NCBI GenBank assembly: GCA_951406725.2
Contig: OX597819.1
Coordinates: forward strand, 55,366,001-55,430,000
Direction: 5' to 3'
Length of the DNA stretch: 64,000 nt
Origin: Octopus vulgaris
Lineage: Eukaryota
Positions 1-10,428 of the stretch are shown here, piece after piece. A program made the translations under genes and the position numbers. Every line of letters starts with the position of its first letter. The stretch's first letter is position 1. The notes below the pieces were generated by a model that was not told where the DNA came from, made no database searches, and saw only the letters and a list, made by a program, of their open reading frames with translations.

Positions 1-295
1 CTTTATCAGTGTCTTTTGCTGAGCCACTAAGTTATGGGGATGTAAGCCAACAAACATTGATGTCAAGCAAACATTGATGATGTGTGTGTGTGAGACAGGT
101 TTCTATACAGTTTCTGTCTATCAAATTCACTCACAAAGCAGAATCCAAAACCATGAAGTTGTAAAGTGATCTTCTTAACCATATAACTATGCCTGTGCTT
201 TCTTTGCTTATAATAGTCAATTGATTAAGCACTTAACCAATCAATAAAACAATCAAACAAATGATTGATTAGTTAACTGGTTAACCAACTGACTT

Positions 296-693
296 ATTTA
301 CTCTTTTACTTGTTTCAGTCATTTGACTGCGGCCATGCTGGAGCACCACCTTTAGTCAAGCAAATCGACCCCGGGACTTATTCTTCGTAAGCCTAGTACT
401 TATTCTATCAGTCTATTTTGTCAAACCACTAAGTGACGGGGACATAAACACACCAGCATTGGTTGTCAAGCAATGCTAGGGGGACAAACACAAACACACA
501 AACATACACACATACATATATATACATATATACAACGGGCTTCTTTCAGTTTCCGTCTACCAAATCCACTAACAAGGCTTTGGTCAGCCCGAAGCTATAG
601 TAAAAGACACTTGCCCAAGATGCCATGTAGTGGGAATGAACCCGGAACCATGTGGTTGGTAAGCAAGCTACTTACCACACAGTCACTCCTGGC
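296..693 (-). mobile_element. tRNA-derived CORE-type SINE, family A (full length)
   Basis: Minus strand reads A box TGACTGTGTGG and B box GGTTCATTCCC, CORE-like CTTGGGCAAGTGTCTT, an internal (AT/GT)n tract and tail ...GACTGAAACAAGTAAAAGAGTA; near-identical copies occur throughout the window. Confidence 0.85.
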
Positions 694-959
694 ATGTGTT
701 TATTATTGGCATGATGACCCACCCAAGCTTCAGCTTTGTCATTATTAATTTAATGTTTGGAATATAAACTTAACAAAAGGTTCTTAGATGAAACTATAAT
801 GGAAAATTTAAATCTCAATGTGAACAGGCGTTTTTATTATAACACAGGCGGGTTGGTATCAAAAGGGTTAGACATCAACAGCAACAACAACAACATCAGT
901 GATGTAAGTGAAGAAGAATCATTAGAGTGAGGAACCAAAACTCGGTCAGACATAAACAG

Positions 960-2173
960 TCTCACTGAATCTTTGTTCTTGTGAAGAAGAAAAGAAAATG
1001 AACAAAAAAACTTAGATGATGATAATGAAAAAGATGATTACCACAAAAGATAATAATGATGGTGATTATGACAATAAGGCTAATGATGGTGATGATGATG
1101 ATGATAATAAGAGAGCTAGCCAATGTAATACACAGATGTACATATATACACATACACACACATACATATATGTATAAACTTATATATACACACAAACATA
1201 TATAAACATACACATATATATATGCATACACATACACACATATATAGATACACATATATATATATGCATACACATATATATATAGATACACATATATATA
1301 TATATGCATACACATACACACATATATAGATACACATACATATACACATATATACATATACACACATATACATACACATACACACACATATACACACATT
1401 TACACACATATTTATACACACACACACACACATATATATATATACACATATATACATACATACACATATATACATACATACACATATATACATGAATATG
1501 CACATATACAGGAATACATACACATGCACACACACTCATACACACATACACACATACACACTCTTACATATATATAACAGCTAAATTCAAACAAAAAGGG
1601 AATTCATAATTTCAAAATAATCAGTAGTCTCAAAATACAAAAAAAAAATAGTCTGTGATAAATGAAAATTTTAAGTCACGCTTAAAATAGGGCGCTAAAG
1701 AATTTTTAGAAAGTTTTAAACAAGATGAAAAATAAAAGACAGAAAAAAAAACAACAAAAGAACACAAAACAAATGGATGATAACTTGGGTGAATGTCATC
1801 CTGTCTCAAAATTAAAACTTTTTAAAGGAATATCTCTCTATCTCTCTTGCTGCATTCCACACCCTTTTTTTTTCACTCACACATACACACACATTGACAT
1901 GCATACAATGAAAAAGTAATTTTCTAACAACAGGAAGAATATAAGAGAAAAGAATTCTGATTTGTTGTTACATTCTTGAGATGGGAAAATAAACGAAGTA
2001 CTAGATCTACAAAGAAATTTATCAAATAACACCATCTTGAAAAACATTTACATGTGCACACGCATGCACACACACAAACACATATGTATGTACATGTTTT
2101 ATATACACTGAAATATGTAGACAAACATGCATGTATTTACATATATACATACATAGCGTTAAGGAAGATAGAC

Positions 2174-2225
<52 letters not shown>

Positions 2226-2494
2226 CAAACACGCATATACATCTAAAACTTAATGAGAAGATAAACACTTTCACCAATGAACAAATGTACACATGTACAC
2301 ACACACATATATATATTTACACAGATACACATGCACAGATGCATAAATTTGCATATTCATACATGTAGATGCATTCATATAGACAGTCATAAATAGAATG
2401 AGTTGCACATACTCGAACACACAAACATATACACAGAGCTATAAATACATTCACACACACACACACACTTGCAAACACACATACACTTACATGA

Positions 2495-2543
<49 letters not shown>

Positions 2544-2680
2544 AACATATACATACATATATACATTGTCATAGATAGATTCACAATTACACATACTCAA
2601 ATGCACACACACACATATATATATATATGCAGAACAATAAATACTTTCAGCTACACACACAGACAGACACATACACACCA
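960..2680. repeat. Low-complexity (CA)n/(TA)n/(GAT)n microsatellite field
   Basis: Directly visible dinucleotide and trinucleotide runs; source of many spurious YI/CV/HT ORFs. Confidence 0.9.
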
Positions 2681-3459
2681 TAGATAAAGCCTATTGTTCC
2701 AATCATATTCTTCATTTTTACCCGGGATGCTTTAAAAGACATGCAATAACATTAGAAATTTCTAGAATATTTATTTATTCATTTTTTAACAATAACAGCT
2801 CTCAGCCATTGTTATATTTTTATCTTTTATTTTATTGTATTTATTTTTTTACTGAAAAATCTTTCCAAAATAATAAATGGAAAAATAAAAAAGGAGCACC
2901 TCCCACATTTTTGTTTCAATTGACAAGCCCCTCTTTTGTTTCCTTTCTTTTATTTATTTGAAAATAAGGGCACCGAGTTTTCCTAAACTCAAAGAGCAAT
3001 AATGAGTAAACTGCAGAGTTTCCAGGTCAGAGACAAAAGTTACAAAAGGGCCTATTGTTGCGAAACACTTTAATCAAATCGTTCCTTGATTTCACTCCCC
3101 AACTCCTCTAATCCCTGACTCACGCCCACAAAATCTTTACAGTTGTAAGGAAGCAAAAGATATTAATCAGGAACAAAAGAGAATAAGAGTATAATAATTT
3201 TGGGAGGTTTTTAAAACTGCATTCCCAGCTTAGTATAACATATGTTATCAAAATCACATCAAAATTTCTAAATATCTATCTATGTATCTATCTAGCTATC
3301 TAAGTTTCCATCAAATTAATTTACACTCATTACATCTATACATGTAACTATTTACACTCAAACACACAGCAGTTAGCGCTTGTGTAATATTCCCAAATTT
3401 ATCAATCTGCTTTAATCAGTGTCATTTGCATGTATAATATAAAATAAACATCTGTTTAA

Positions 3460-3682
3460 CCCTTTCATTACCATATTTCTGTTGAAATACAGTGACACTG
3501 TTTCAGATAATTTTGAAAATAATGAAAAATTTAGTAAAATAATTTTGTCGTTATCAATCTGGTGTTTGGAACTTAAATTAACATAAAATTTGGATAGAAG
3601 GTTTTAACTTAAATAGCTTTAAAAACATGAAATTTATATGATAGAACTAAGGGTAGTCTCAGACATGTTGGTATCAAAAGAG
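3460..3682. mobile_element. piggyBac-like MITE
   Basis: TTAA (3456-3459) CCCTTT...AAAGAG TTAA (3683-3686); related copies at ~710-870 and 61735-62281. Confidence 0.6.
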
Positions 3683-3694
3683 TTAATTCAAAAT

Positions 3695-3902
3695 ATACTC
3701 TTTACTCTTTTGACTGTGGCCATGCTGGAGCACCACCTTTAGTCAAGCAAATCGACCCCAGGACTTATTCTTTGTAAGCCTAGTACTTATTCTATCGGCC
3801 TCTTTTGCTGAACCGCTAAGTTACAGGCATGTAAACACACCAGCATCAGTTGTCAAGTGATGTTGGGGGGACAAACACAGACACACAAACATATACACAC
3901 AC

Positions 3903-3967
<65 letters not shown>

Positions 3968-4138
3968 TACGCCGGGCTTCTTTCAGTTTCCATCTACCAA
4001 ATCTCAAATCCACTCACAAGGCTTTGGTCGGCCTGAGGCTATAGTAGGAGACACTTGCCCAAGGTGCCACGCAGTGGGACTGAACCCGGAACCATGTGGT
4101 TGGTAAGCAAGCTACTTACCACACCCACTCCTACGCCT
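3695..4138 (-). mobile_element. SINE family A (full length)
   Basis: Same head, CORE-like block and tail as 296-693, with internal (AT)n. Confidence 0.85.
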
Positions 4139-4159
4139 ATATGAGCAATATATTTACCA

Positions 4160-4376
4160 TTCATCCATCCACCCACCCACCTTTCCTAAGTTCGTTATGG
4201 GATTAGAGCCCTCAGGCACCTCCTCCATAGGGTCCCATCAGAAGCAACCATTGCTACACTTTCAAGCTGGACTCCCAAGAATGCAAATTTGAATAACCTA
4301 AATCAGCACAATCCAAGAAGGTAGGAAATAAAACTAACCAAGAACCCCTAATAATGCCAAAATCAAATGTCTAACT
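4160..4376 (-). mobile_element. Degenerate 3' end of a second RTE-like LINE family with (ATGG)n tail
   Basis: Similar to 23095-23360 and 50238-50750, the latter retaining a QLKYYGHVIRL...KPTGRKP remnant on the minus strand. Confidence 0.5.
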
Positions 4377-4633
4377 CAGTGTTTCTCAACCATTTTTTAC
4401 TTATGGAACCCTTTGATTCTTGTTTTACTCTACTGGGCTCCTTTAGCCAATCAATGTTTAAAAAATCCAATTATATTTTTATGATTAAATATCATTAAAA
4501 ATTGTATTTAAAAAAATCATAAAAAATATTTTGTGTATTGTAGAAATAAAACTAATTTATTGCAAATAAATTTTCACAACTAAATCAAGTGTGGACCTCC
4601 AAGAGTCAAACAGACCCTGGTTGAAAACCACTG
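4377..4633. mobile_element. hAT (Charlie-like) MITE
   Basis: TIRs CAGTGTTTCTCAACC / GGTTGAAAACCACTG; 8-bp TSD GTCTAACT / GTCCAACT (1 mismatch). Confidence 0.8.
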
Positions 4634-5282
4634 GTCCAACTTAAGATCTTGCGAAACAACTAAAATAAATTTACTGAAAATCACCACAAACAAATATCAG
4701 AATCCAGCATCAAAACTTATAAACATAGAAACAACCATATTTACAAATATATAGTCCTCAATAAGATAACGTTAAAAAAAAAAACTGGGAATTCCCTCTT
4801 CAGCTGCCTAACAGATATCAATGTGATTTTGACACATTAGATAGGAAATCTTACGAATGAAAATGTAAGGATTATTTGTCATTTCAGTGTAAGCTTTTCT
4901 TAGTAAAGTTAAACCTGTTTGTAAGAGAGACAGAGAAATAAATATAGACATGTGGTAAAACGTTCAATAAGCAGTAGAGCACTTGATCAGTAAAGATATT
5001 AATATTAAAAACAACACAAAAAAATGTGATATTCAGTTATTTATCCCAGGTTTCCTGGCCAGAATATTAAATTTATTTCACTAATTTTCAAGCTGATAAT
5101 GTCAACAAGGCAGTTTAGTAACTGAATATTTTGTGTGGTTCTTATCAATAATTATATATACATATAAATACACACATGCACATGCACACCACATACATAT
5201 ACACATATGCATATATATAAATATACATGCTTACATACATACACATATATATATACATACACACATGCATATACATACATAT

Positions 5283-5344
5283 ATCATCATCATCATCGTT
5301 TAACGTCCGCTTCCCATGCTAGCATGGGTTGGACGGTTCAACTG
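5283..5344 (-). mobile_element. Severely 5'-truncated RTE LINE 3' end
   Basis: Last ~45 nt of the RTE 3'UTR plus (GAT)n tail, directly adjacent to the tail of the full-length copy. Confidence 0.8.
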
Positions 5345-5606
5345 TATATATATCATCATCATCATCATCATCATCATCATCGTTTAACGTCCGCTTTCCG
5401 CGCTAGCACGGGTTGGACGGTTTGACCGGGTCTGGGAAGCCAGGGGCCGCTCCAGGCTCCAGTCTGAATCTGGCAGAGTTTCTACGGCTGGATGCCCTTC
5501 CTAACGCCAACCACTCCGTGAGTGGATTGGGTGCTTTTTACGTGCCACCTGCACAGGGGCCGGAGGGTCCGGCATCGTCACGATCGGATTCGAGCATTTT
5601 AACGTG

Positions 5607-8600
5607 TCAGCGGCACGGGGGCAACGAGGTCCGGGGTACTTTGGGGATCGGGGTATTTTGGGGATCCAGGGTACTTTGGGGATCCGGGGTACTTTGGGGA
5701 TCCGGGGTACTTAGAATGGGTAGGGGGGTACTTAGAATGGGTAGGGGGTATGTGGAATTGCTGCAGAAAGCAGCCCGGGTCTTTGTAGTCACAGCATATC
5801 TCCAGAGATCTCGGTCCTTCGCCATTGCCTCAGTGAGGCCCAATGCTCTGAGGTCATGCTTGACCACCTCATCCCATGTCTTCCTGGGTCTACCTCTCCC
5901 CCTGATACCTTCAACTGTTTGGGAGTGGCACTTCTTCACACATCTCTCTTCATCCATCCGCAGCACATGACCATACCATCGCAAGCGTCGCTCTTGCACA
6001 CCACATCTGATGCTTCTTATATCCAGCATTTCTCTCAGGATACTTACACTCTGTTTTGCGTGCACACTGACACTACACATCCAGCGGATCATGCTAGCTT
6101 CATTTCTTTCAAGTCTACGCATGTCTTCTGCAGTCACAGCCCATGTTTCATTACCGTGAAGCATGGCAGTTCGCACACATGCATCATATAATCTACCTTT
6201 TGCTCTGAGGGAGAGGCCTTTTGTTGCCAGTAGGGGTAGGAGCTTTCTGAACTTTGCCCAGGCTATTCGTATTCTAGTGGTGATACTCTCTGTGCATCCA
6301 CCTCCGCTACTAACTTGGTCTCCCAGGTAGCGGAAACTATCAACTACTTCTAGTTTCTCTCCCTGGAGTGTGATGGAATCTGTTTTCTGAGTGTCTGTTG
6401 TGTCTATTGTCCCTGTGCATCTGCCGCACATGAAAGCTATCTTATCTGTTAATTTCCCTTTAATGTTGCTGCACCTCTTATGTGTCCATAACTTACATTG
6501 GGTGCATCTTATGGAGTTTCTACCTGTACCTTTCCTACAGGTTGAGCAGGGCCACCTACCCGAGGGGATGTGTGTTGAGTACCTCTTGCTGCTTACTAAT
6601 ACTTTGGTCTTTGCTACATTTATTCTAAGGCCCTTTGATTCCAACCCTTGCTTCCATACCCGAAATTTCTCTTCTAGTTCCGGTAGTGATTCTGCTATGA
6701 GAGCTAGGTCATCGGCATAGAGGAGCTCCCAGGGGCATCCCGTTTTGAATTCCTCTGTTATTGCTTGAAGGACTATGATGAACAAAAGGGGACTGAGGGC
6801 TGAGCCCTGGTGCACACCTACTTCTACTCGGAATTCTTCACTATATTCGTTGCCAATCCTAACCTTGCTAACAGCCTCTCTGTATAGAGCCTGTACAGCC
6901 CTTATTAGCCATTCTTCAATCTCCAGTTTCCGCATCGACCACCAGATAAGGGAACGGGGAACCCTGTCAAAGGCTTTCTCCAAGTCTACAAAAGCTATGT
7001 AGAGGGGTTTATCTTTAGCTAGGTACTTCTCCTGCAGTTGTCGGACCAGGAATATAGCATCAGTGGTGCTTCTACCTGGTACAAAACCGAACTGCATTTC
7101 ATCTAAACAAATTCTCTCCCTAATGAGATTGGTTATGACCTTCTCTGAGACCTTCATCACCTGGTCCAACAGTTTGATACCTCTGTAGTTATTTCTATCT
7201 AGAGCATCACCCTTACCCTTGTAGCAGTTGACTATGGTACTGCTGCACCAGTCATTGGGTATGGCTCCATTGTGAACTACCTGGTTTACAATGCGGGTGA
7301 CTATGGCATGGCCCACATAGCCAGCTGTTTTAAGCATCTCAGCAGTGATTCCTGATAGGCCAGGGGCTTTGCCTGGTTTCATATCCTTAATTGCCTTATC
7401 TACAAGGGAGCTGTCTATTCGGGTAGCTGGTCCCTCTACTGGGTCAACATTTGGCAGGCTCTCCTCCTCCCATTCATTCTCCTCATTTAGCAGTCTTTCA
7501 TAATGGCTTCTCCAAGCCTCTTTCTTTTCACTAGTAGTAAAAGCAAGTGCCCCATCATCCATGCGGACACATTTCTCTCCTATAACATCGCTATTTTCTC
7601 TGACACACTGTCTGGCAATCCGAAATACTTCAGCTCTTTGATCCTCGCGACGCTGGACATTGGCAAACTTCTTCTTTTCTGCTACATCTTTGGCAATGTA
7701 TACCTGCCGCCCAGCCTCCCTTTTGGCTATCTGGTACAGTTCCCTGCTGCCCCCATCCTTCCAGGCTTTCCAGGCCCGTCTCTTTTCACAGATGGCTTTA
7801 TCTACTGCACTATTCCACCACCACGTAATTCTAGGTCTGGAAGGGACTTTGCACCATCCACAAACTTGGTCTGTGGCACTCAACAAGCTGTCCCGTAGGA
7901 ATTCCCAGCTACCTTCTATGTCTGACGTCTGAAGCTCCTCTTCCCTCTCATCAAATTTCTTGATGAGTATGTCCCTAAATTTCTGACCATGCGAAGGGTT
8001 CTTTAGCCTCCAAATCCTTCTTTTCTGGATTGGTTTGTTTCTTGGAGTCCTTCTGGCCTCAAGCTTAAAGTCACTGATGATTAGTCTATGCTGAGGGATA
8101 CATTCTTCACCCGGGAGGGTCTTTGTATTCAAGAGCAACCCTGCATCCCGTTGTCTGGTGAGGATGAAGTCTATTTGGCTAGCGGAGTCTCCTGACTGAT
8201 AAGTTATAAGGTGGCAGACTGGCTTCTTGAAGTTAGTGTTGCAGATTGAAAGGTTACATGCATCACAGAATTCCAGTAGTCTAGTTCCCTCATCATTTCT
8301 GGTGCCAATACCATATCCACCATGTACCCCAGTGAAGATACCCGATTCCCGCCCAACATGCCCGTTAAAATCTCCACCTACAAAGATGAGGTCCTTGTTA
8401 CTAGTCTTTGAAGTAGCCTGCAGAAGGGTATCATAAAAGTTGTCCTTCTGATCATTTGGTAGTCCCGCTTGTGGGGCATAGGCTGAGATAATCATAGCTG
8501 TGCCACTCTGTAGGACCAACCTGAGCTTAAGCACTCTATCACAAACCCTGACAACCTCTATGACCTTATCCACCCATTCCTCCGCAAGGAGAATGCCTAC

Positions 8601-8948
8601 ACCCCCTACACCTTCCGCGTTACCTTGCCAGTAGAGTTTGTATCTAAGTGCCTTGCCCGTGAGGACCCTAGCCGAAGCATCTCTCCATCTTACCTCTTGT
8701 ATGCAGCATACATCAACCTGTCTTCTCTCTAGCATCTCTACAATCTCACTAGACTTGCCTGTCAATGTACCAACATTGATAGTGCCAACTCTGAAAACTG
8801 GGAAGGAGATGTGGGGGGGACAGGGGGGATTCGGCGCCTGAGAAGAGGAGGGTTGTAGTGGTGGTGATAGTTTTCGTGGTATTTTTCTTTTGATCTCTCT
8901 TCCAACCTGACCACGCCGTGGGCAGGAGCTGGTGTTAGCAGTGGACAT
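5607..8948 (-). CDS. RTE LINE ORF: AP-like endonuclease + reverse transcriptase with internal PHD-like finger (1113 aa)
   Basis: APE motifs TINVGTL, CIQEVRW, SAYAPQ, GGDFNGH, SQIDFIL; RT motifs NYRGIKLL, QFGFVPGRST, FVDLEKAFD, GVHQGSALSPLLF, YADD (6708-6719), FRYLG; RTE C-terminal RLRWYGHV...RGRGRPRKTW. Confidence 0.95.
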   Translation of the reverse strand: MSTANTSSCPRRGQVGREIKRKIPRKLSPPLQPSSSQAPNPPCPPHISFPVFRVGTINVGTLTGKSSEIVEMLERRQVDVCCIQEVRWRDASARVLTGKALRYKLYWQGNAEGVGGVGILLAEEWVDKVIEVVRVCDRVLKLRLVLQSGTAMIISAYAPQAGLPNDQKDNFYDTLLQATSKTSNKDLIFVGGDFNGHVGRESGIFTGVHGGYGIGTRNDEGTRLLEFCDACNLSICNTNFKKPVCHLITYQSGDSASQIDFILTRQRDAGLLLNTKTLPGEECIPQHRLIISDFKLEARRTPRNKPIQKRRIWRLKNPSHGQKFRDILIKKFDEREEELQTSDIEGSWEFLRDSLLSATDQVCGWCKVPSRPRITWWWNSAVDKAICEKRRAWKAWKDGGSRELYQIAKREAGRQVYIAKDVAEKKKFANVQRREDQRAEVFRIARQCVRENSDVIGEKCVRMDDGALAFTTSEKKEAWRSHYERLLNEENEWEEESLPNVDPVEGPATRIDSSLVDKAIKDMKPGKAPGLSGITAEMLKTAGYVGHAIVTRIVNQVVHNGAIPNDWCSSTIVNCYKGKGDALDRNNYRGIKLLDQVMKVSEKVITNLIRERICLDEMQFGFVPGRSTTDAIFLVRQLQEKYLAKDKPLYIAFVDLEKAFDRVPRSLIWWSMRKLEIEEWLIRAVQALYREAVSKVRIGNEYSEEFRVEVGVHQGSALSPLLFIIVLQAITEEFKTGCPWELLYADDLALIAESLPELEEKFRVWKQGLESKGLRINVAKTKVLVSSKRYSTHIPSGRWPCSTCRKGTGRNSIRCTQCKLWTHKRCSNIKGKLTDKIAFMCGRCTGTIDTTDTQKTDSITLQGEKLEVVDSFRYLGDQVSSGGGCTESITTRIRIAWAKFRKLLPLLATKGLSLRAKGRLYDACVRTAMLHGNETWAVTAEDMRRLERNEASMIRWMCSVSVHAKQSVSILREMLDIRSIRCGVQERRLRWYGHVLRMDEERCVKKCHSQTVEGIRGRGRPRKTWDEVVKHDLRALGLTEAMAKDRDLWRYAVTTKTRAAFCSNSTYPLPILSTPLPILSTPDPQSTPDPQSTLDPQNTPIPKVPRTSLPPCR
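5631..5750. repeat. In-frame 18-bp and 21-bp G-rich tandem repeats at the LINE ORF end
   Basis: GGGGTACTTTGGGGATCC-type units x4 and a 21-bp TTAGAATGGGTAGGGGGGTAC unit x2, encoding PDPQST and PILSTPL repeats. Confidence 0.85.
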
Positions 8949-9493
8949 TTGTTATCGTCACTGAGTAACGTAATTAGGTAGAGGAAAGAAATACAGATAT
9001 TCTAGAGTTGAGTTGGGGGGGGGGGGGGTCCAGTTGAGGCGGGTAATATAGGGGAGCAACCAGTGGGGAAGGTTGGGGTAAGGAGGAACGATGGCAGGAA
9101 GGGTTGGTGTAGGTTCCTAAGAAATAAAAACGTAGGATATTACGAGGCGGGAGGGTACTAAAAGGGGATGGTCGGATTGACGAGGCGGGAGGGTACTAAA
9201 AGGGGATGGTCGGATTGAGGCAGTGTCAGGAGGAAGCGTAAGATCGGTGGGCAGTTGATGAGCTATGGCGCTAGCAGCTTGTCTTAAGCATATGAGGAGA
9301 AGGGGTAGTGGGGGAGGAGGAGGGAGTAGGGCGTACCCAGTGTAGATGAGTAAGGCGTATCCGGTGTAGATGGAGAGAACGGGGTATACTGGTATTGGTG
9401 GTGGGGGGGGTGAGAACAGTGTTCAACGGTATTGGTGGTGGGGGTGAGAACAGTGTTCAACGGTATTGGTGGTGGGGGTGGGGGGCGGGCGCA

Positions 9494-10072
9494 CCGCCAA
9501 TGGCTGAAAGATGGGAAAAGATGGGATTACGGCTTGAGGCAGCCTACGGTTAAATATTGTAGAGAGAGAGATAGGAAGATAAATCAAGTTATGGCGAAGG
9601 CTTGAAAGTAGCCTAAAAAAGGTTAAATTTTCGTAACAGTGTATGAATAAACGTAGTAACAACGAATAAAAAAATAGTAAGATAAATTTTTAAGAACTTG
9701 CTGCGGTCATCGAGCGGGAGTTGAAATTGAAGAAGAAAGTAAGTTGAACTGGGAATTTAAATTGCAGAATCGTAATAGTAATGGCGGTTTTCAAGTTTTA
9801 GCATATGAAGAAGAAGAGGAGGAAAAAGAAGGCCGCCAATGGCTGAAAGATGGGAAAAGATGGGATTACGGCTTGAGGCAGCCTACGGTTAAATATTGTA
9901 GAGAGAGAGATAGGAAGATAAATCAAGTTATGGCGAAGGCTTGAAAGTAGCCTAAAAAAGGTTAAATTTTCGTAACAGTGTATGAATAAACGTAGTAACA
10001 ACGAATAAAAAAATAGTAAGATAAATTTTTAAGAACTTGCTGCGGTCATCGAGCGGGAGTTGAAATTGAAGA
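9494..10072 (-). repeat. 240-bp direct repeat (period 339 bp) at the LINE 5' end
   Basis: 9494-9733 and 9833-10072 appear identical, separated by a 99-bp spacer. Confidence 0.92.
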
Positions 10073-10074
10073 TA

Positions 10075-10252
10075 TGACTGCAGCCATGCTGGAGCACCGT
10101 CTTTAGTCGAACAATTCAACCCTAGGACTTATACTTTATAAGCCTAGTATTTATGCTATTGGTCTCTTTTGCCAAACTGCTAAGTTACAGGGATGTAAAC
10201 ACACCAACATCAGCTGTCAAGCAATGATGGGGAGACAAACACAAACACACAA

Positions 10253-10291
<39 letters not shown>

Positions 10292-10428
10292 GGGCTTCTT
10301 TCAGTTTCTGTCTACCAAATTCACTCTCAAGGCTTTGATTGACCTGAGGCTATAGTAGAAGACACTGGCCCAAGGTGCCATGCAGTGGGACTGAACCCAG
10401 AACCATGTGGTTGGGAAGCAAGCTTCAT
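10075..10428 (-). mobile_element. SINE family A, clipped at both ends
   Basis: Family A body; its 3' tail is missing at the junction with the LINE 5' end. Confidence 0.8.

Larger units (their letters stand above)
5352..10072 (-). mobile_element. Full-length RTE-clade non-LTR retrotransposon (LINE)
   Basis: ~1.1 kb 5'UTR, single uninterrupted ORF, short 3'UTR containing GGAAGGGCATCCAGCCGTAGAAAC and a (GAT)n tail; GC and CpG richer than its flanks. Confidence 0.93.

Noticed and set aside
473-748. Recurrent ORFs such as RASFSFRLPNPLTRLWSARGYSRRHLPK
   Set aside because: Antisense translation of the non-coding SINE A, with frames varying between copies.
962-2687. Many YI/CV/HT-repeat ORFs (also ~14769-15481, 37362-37992, 47980-48318)
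   Set aside because: Translations of (TA)n and (CA)n microsatellites, not genes.
2880-3130. Unique sequence with Sox/TCF/homeodomain-like motifs (similar at 26690-27190 and 56530-56720)
   Set aside because: Short motifs are expected by chance; cross-species conservation or ATAC data would be needed.
5413-8841. Plus-strand ORFs overlapping the LINE
   Set aside because: Antisense shadows of the RT ORF with no recognisable motifs.
8949-10072. HDV-like ribozyme at the RTE 5' end
   Set aside because: Looked for because some RTEs carry one, but no nested double-pseudoknot pattern was discernible by eye; a descriptor search would be needed.
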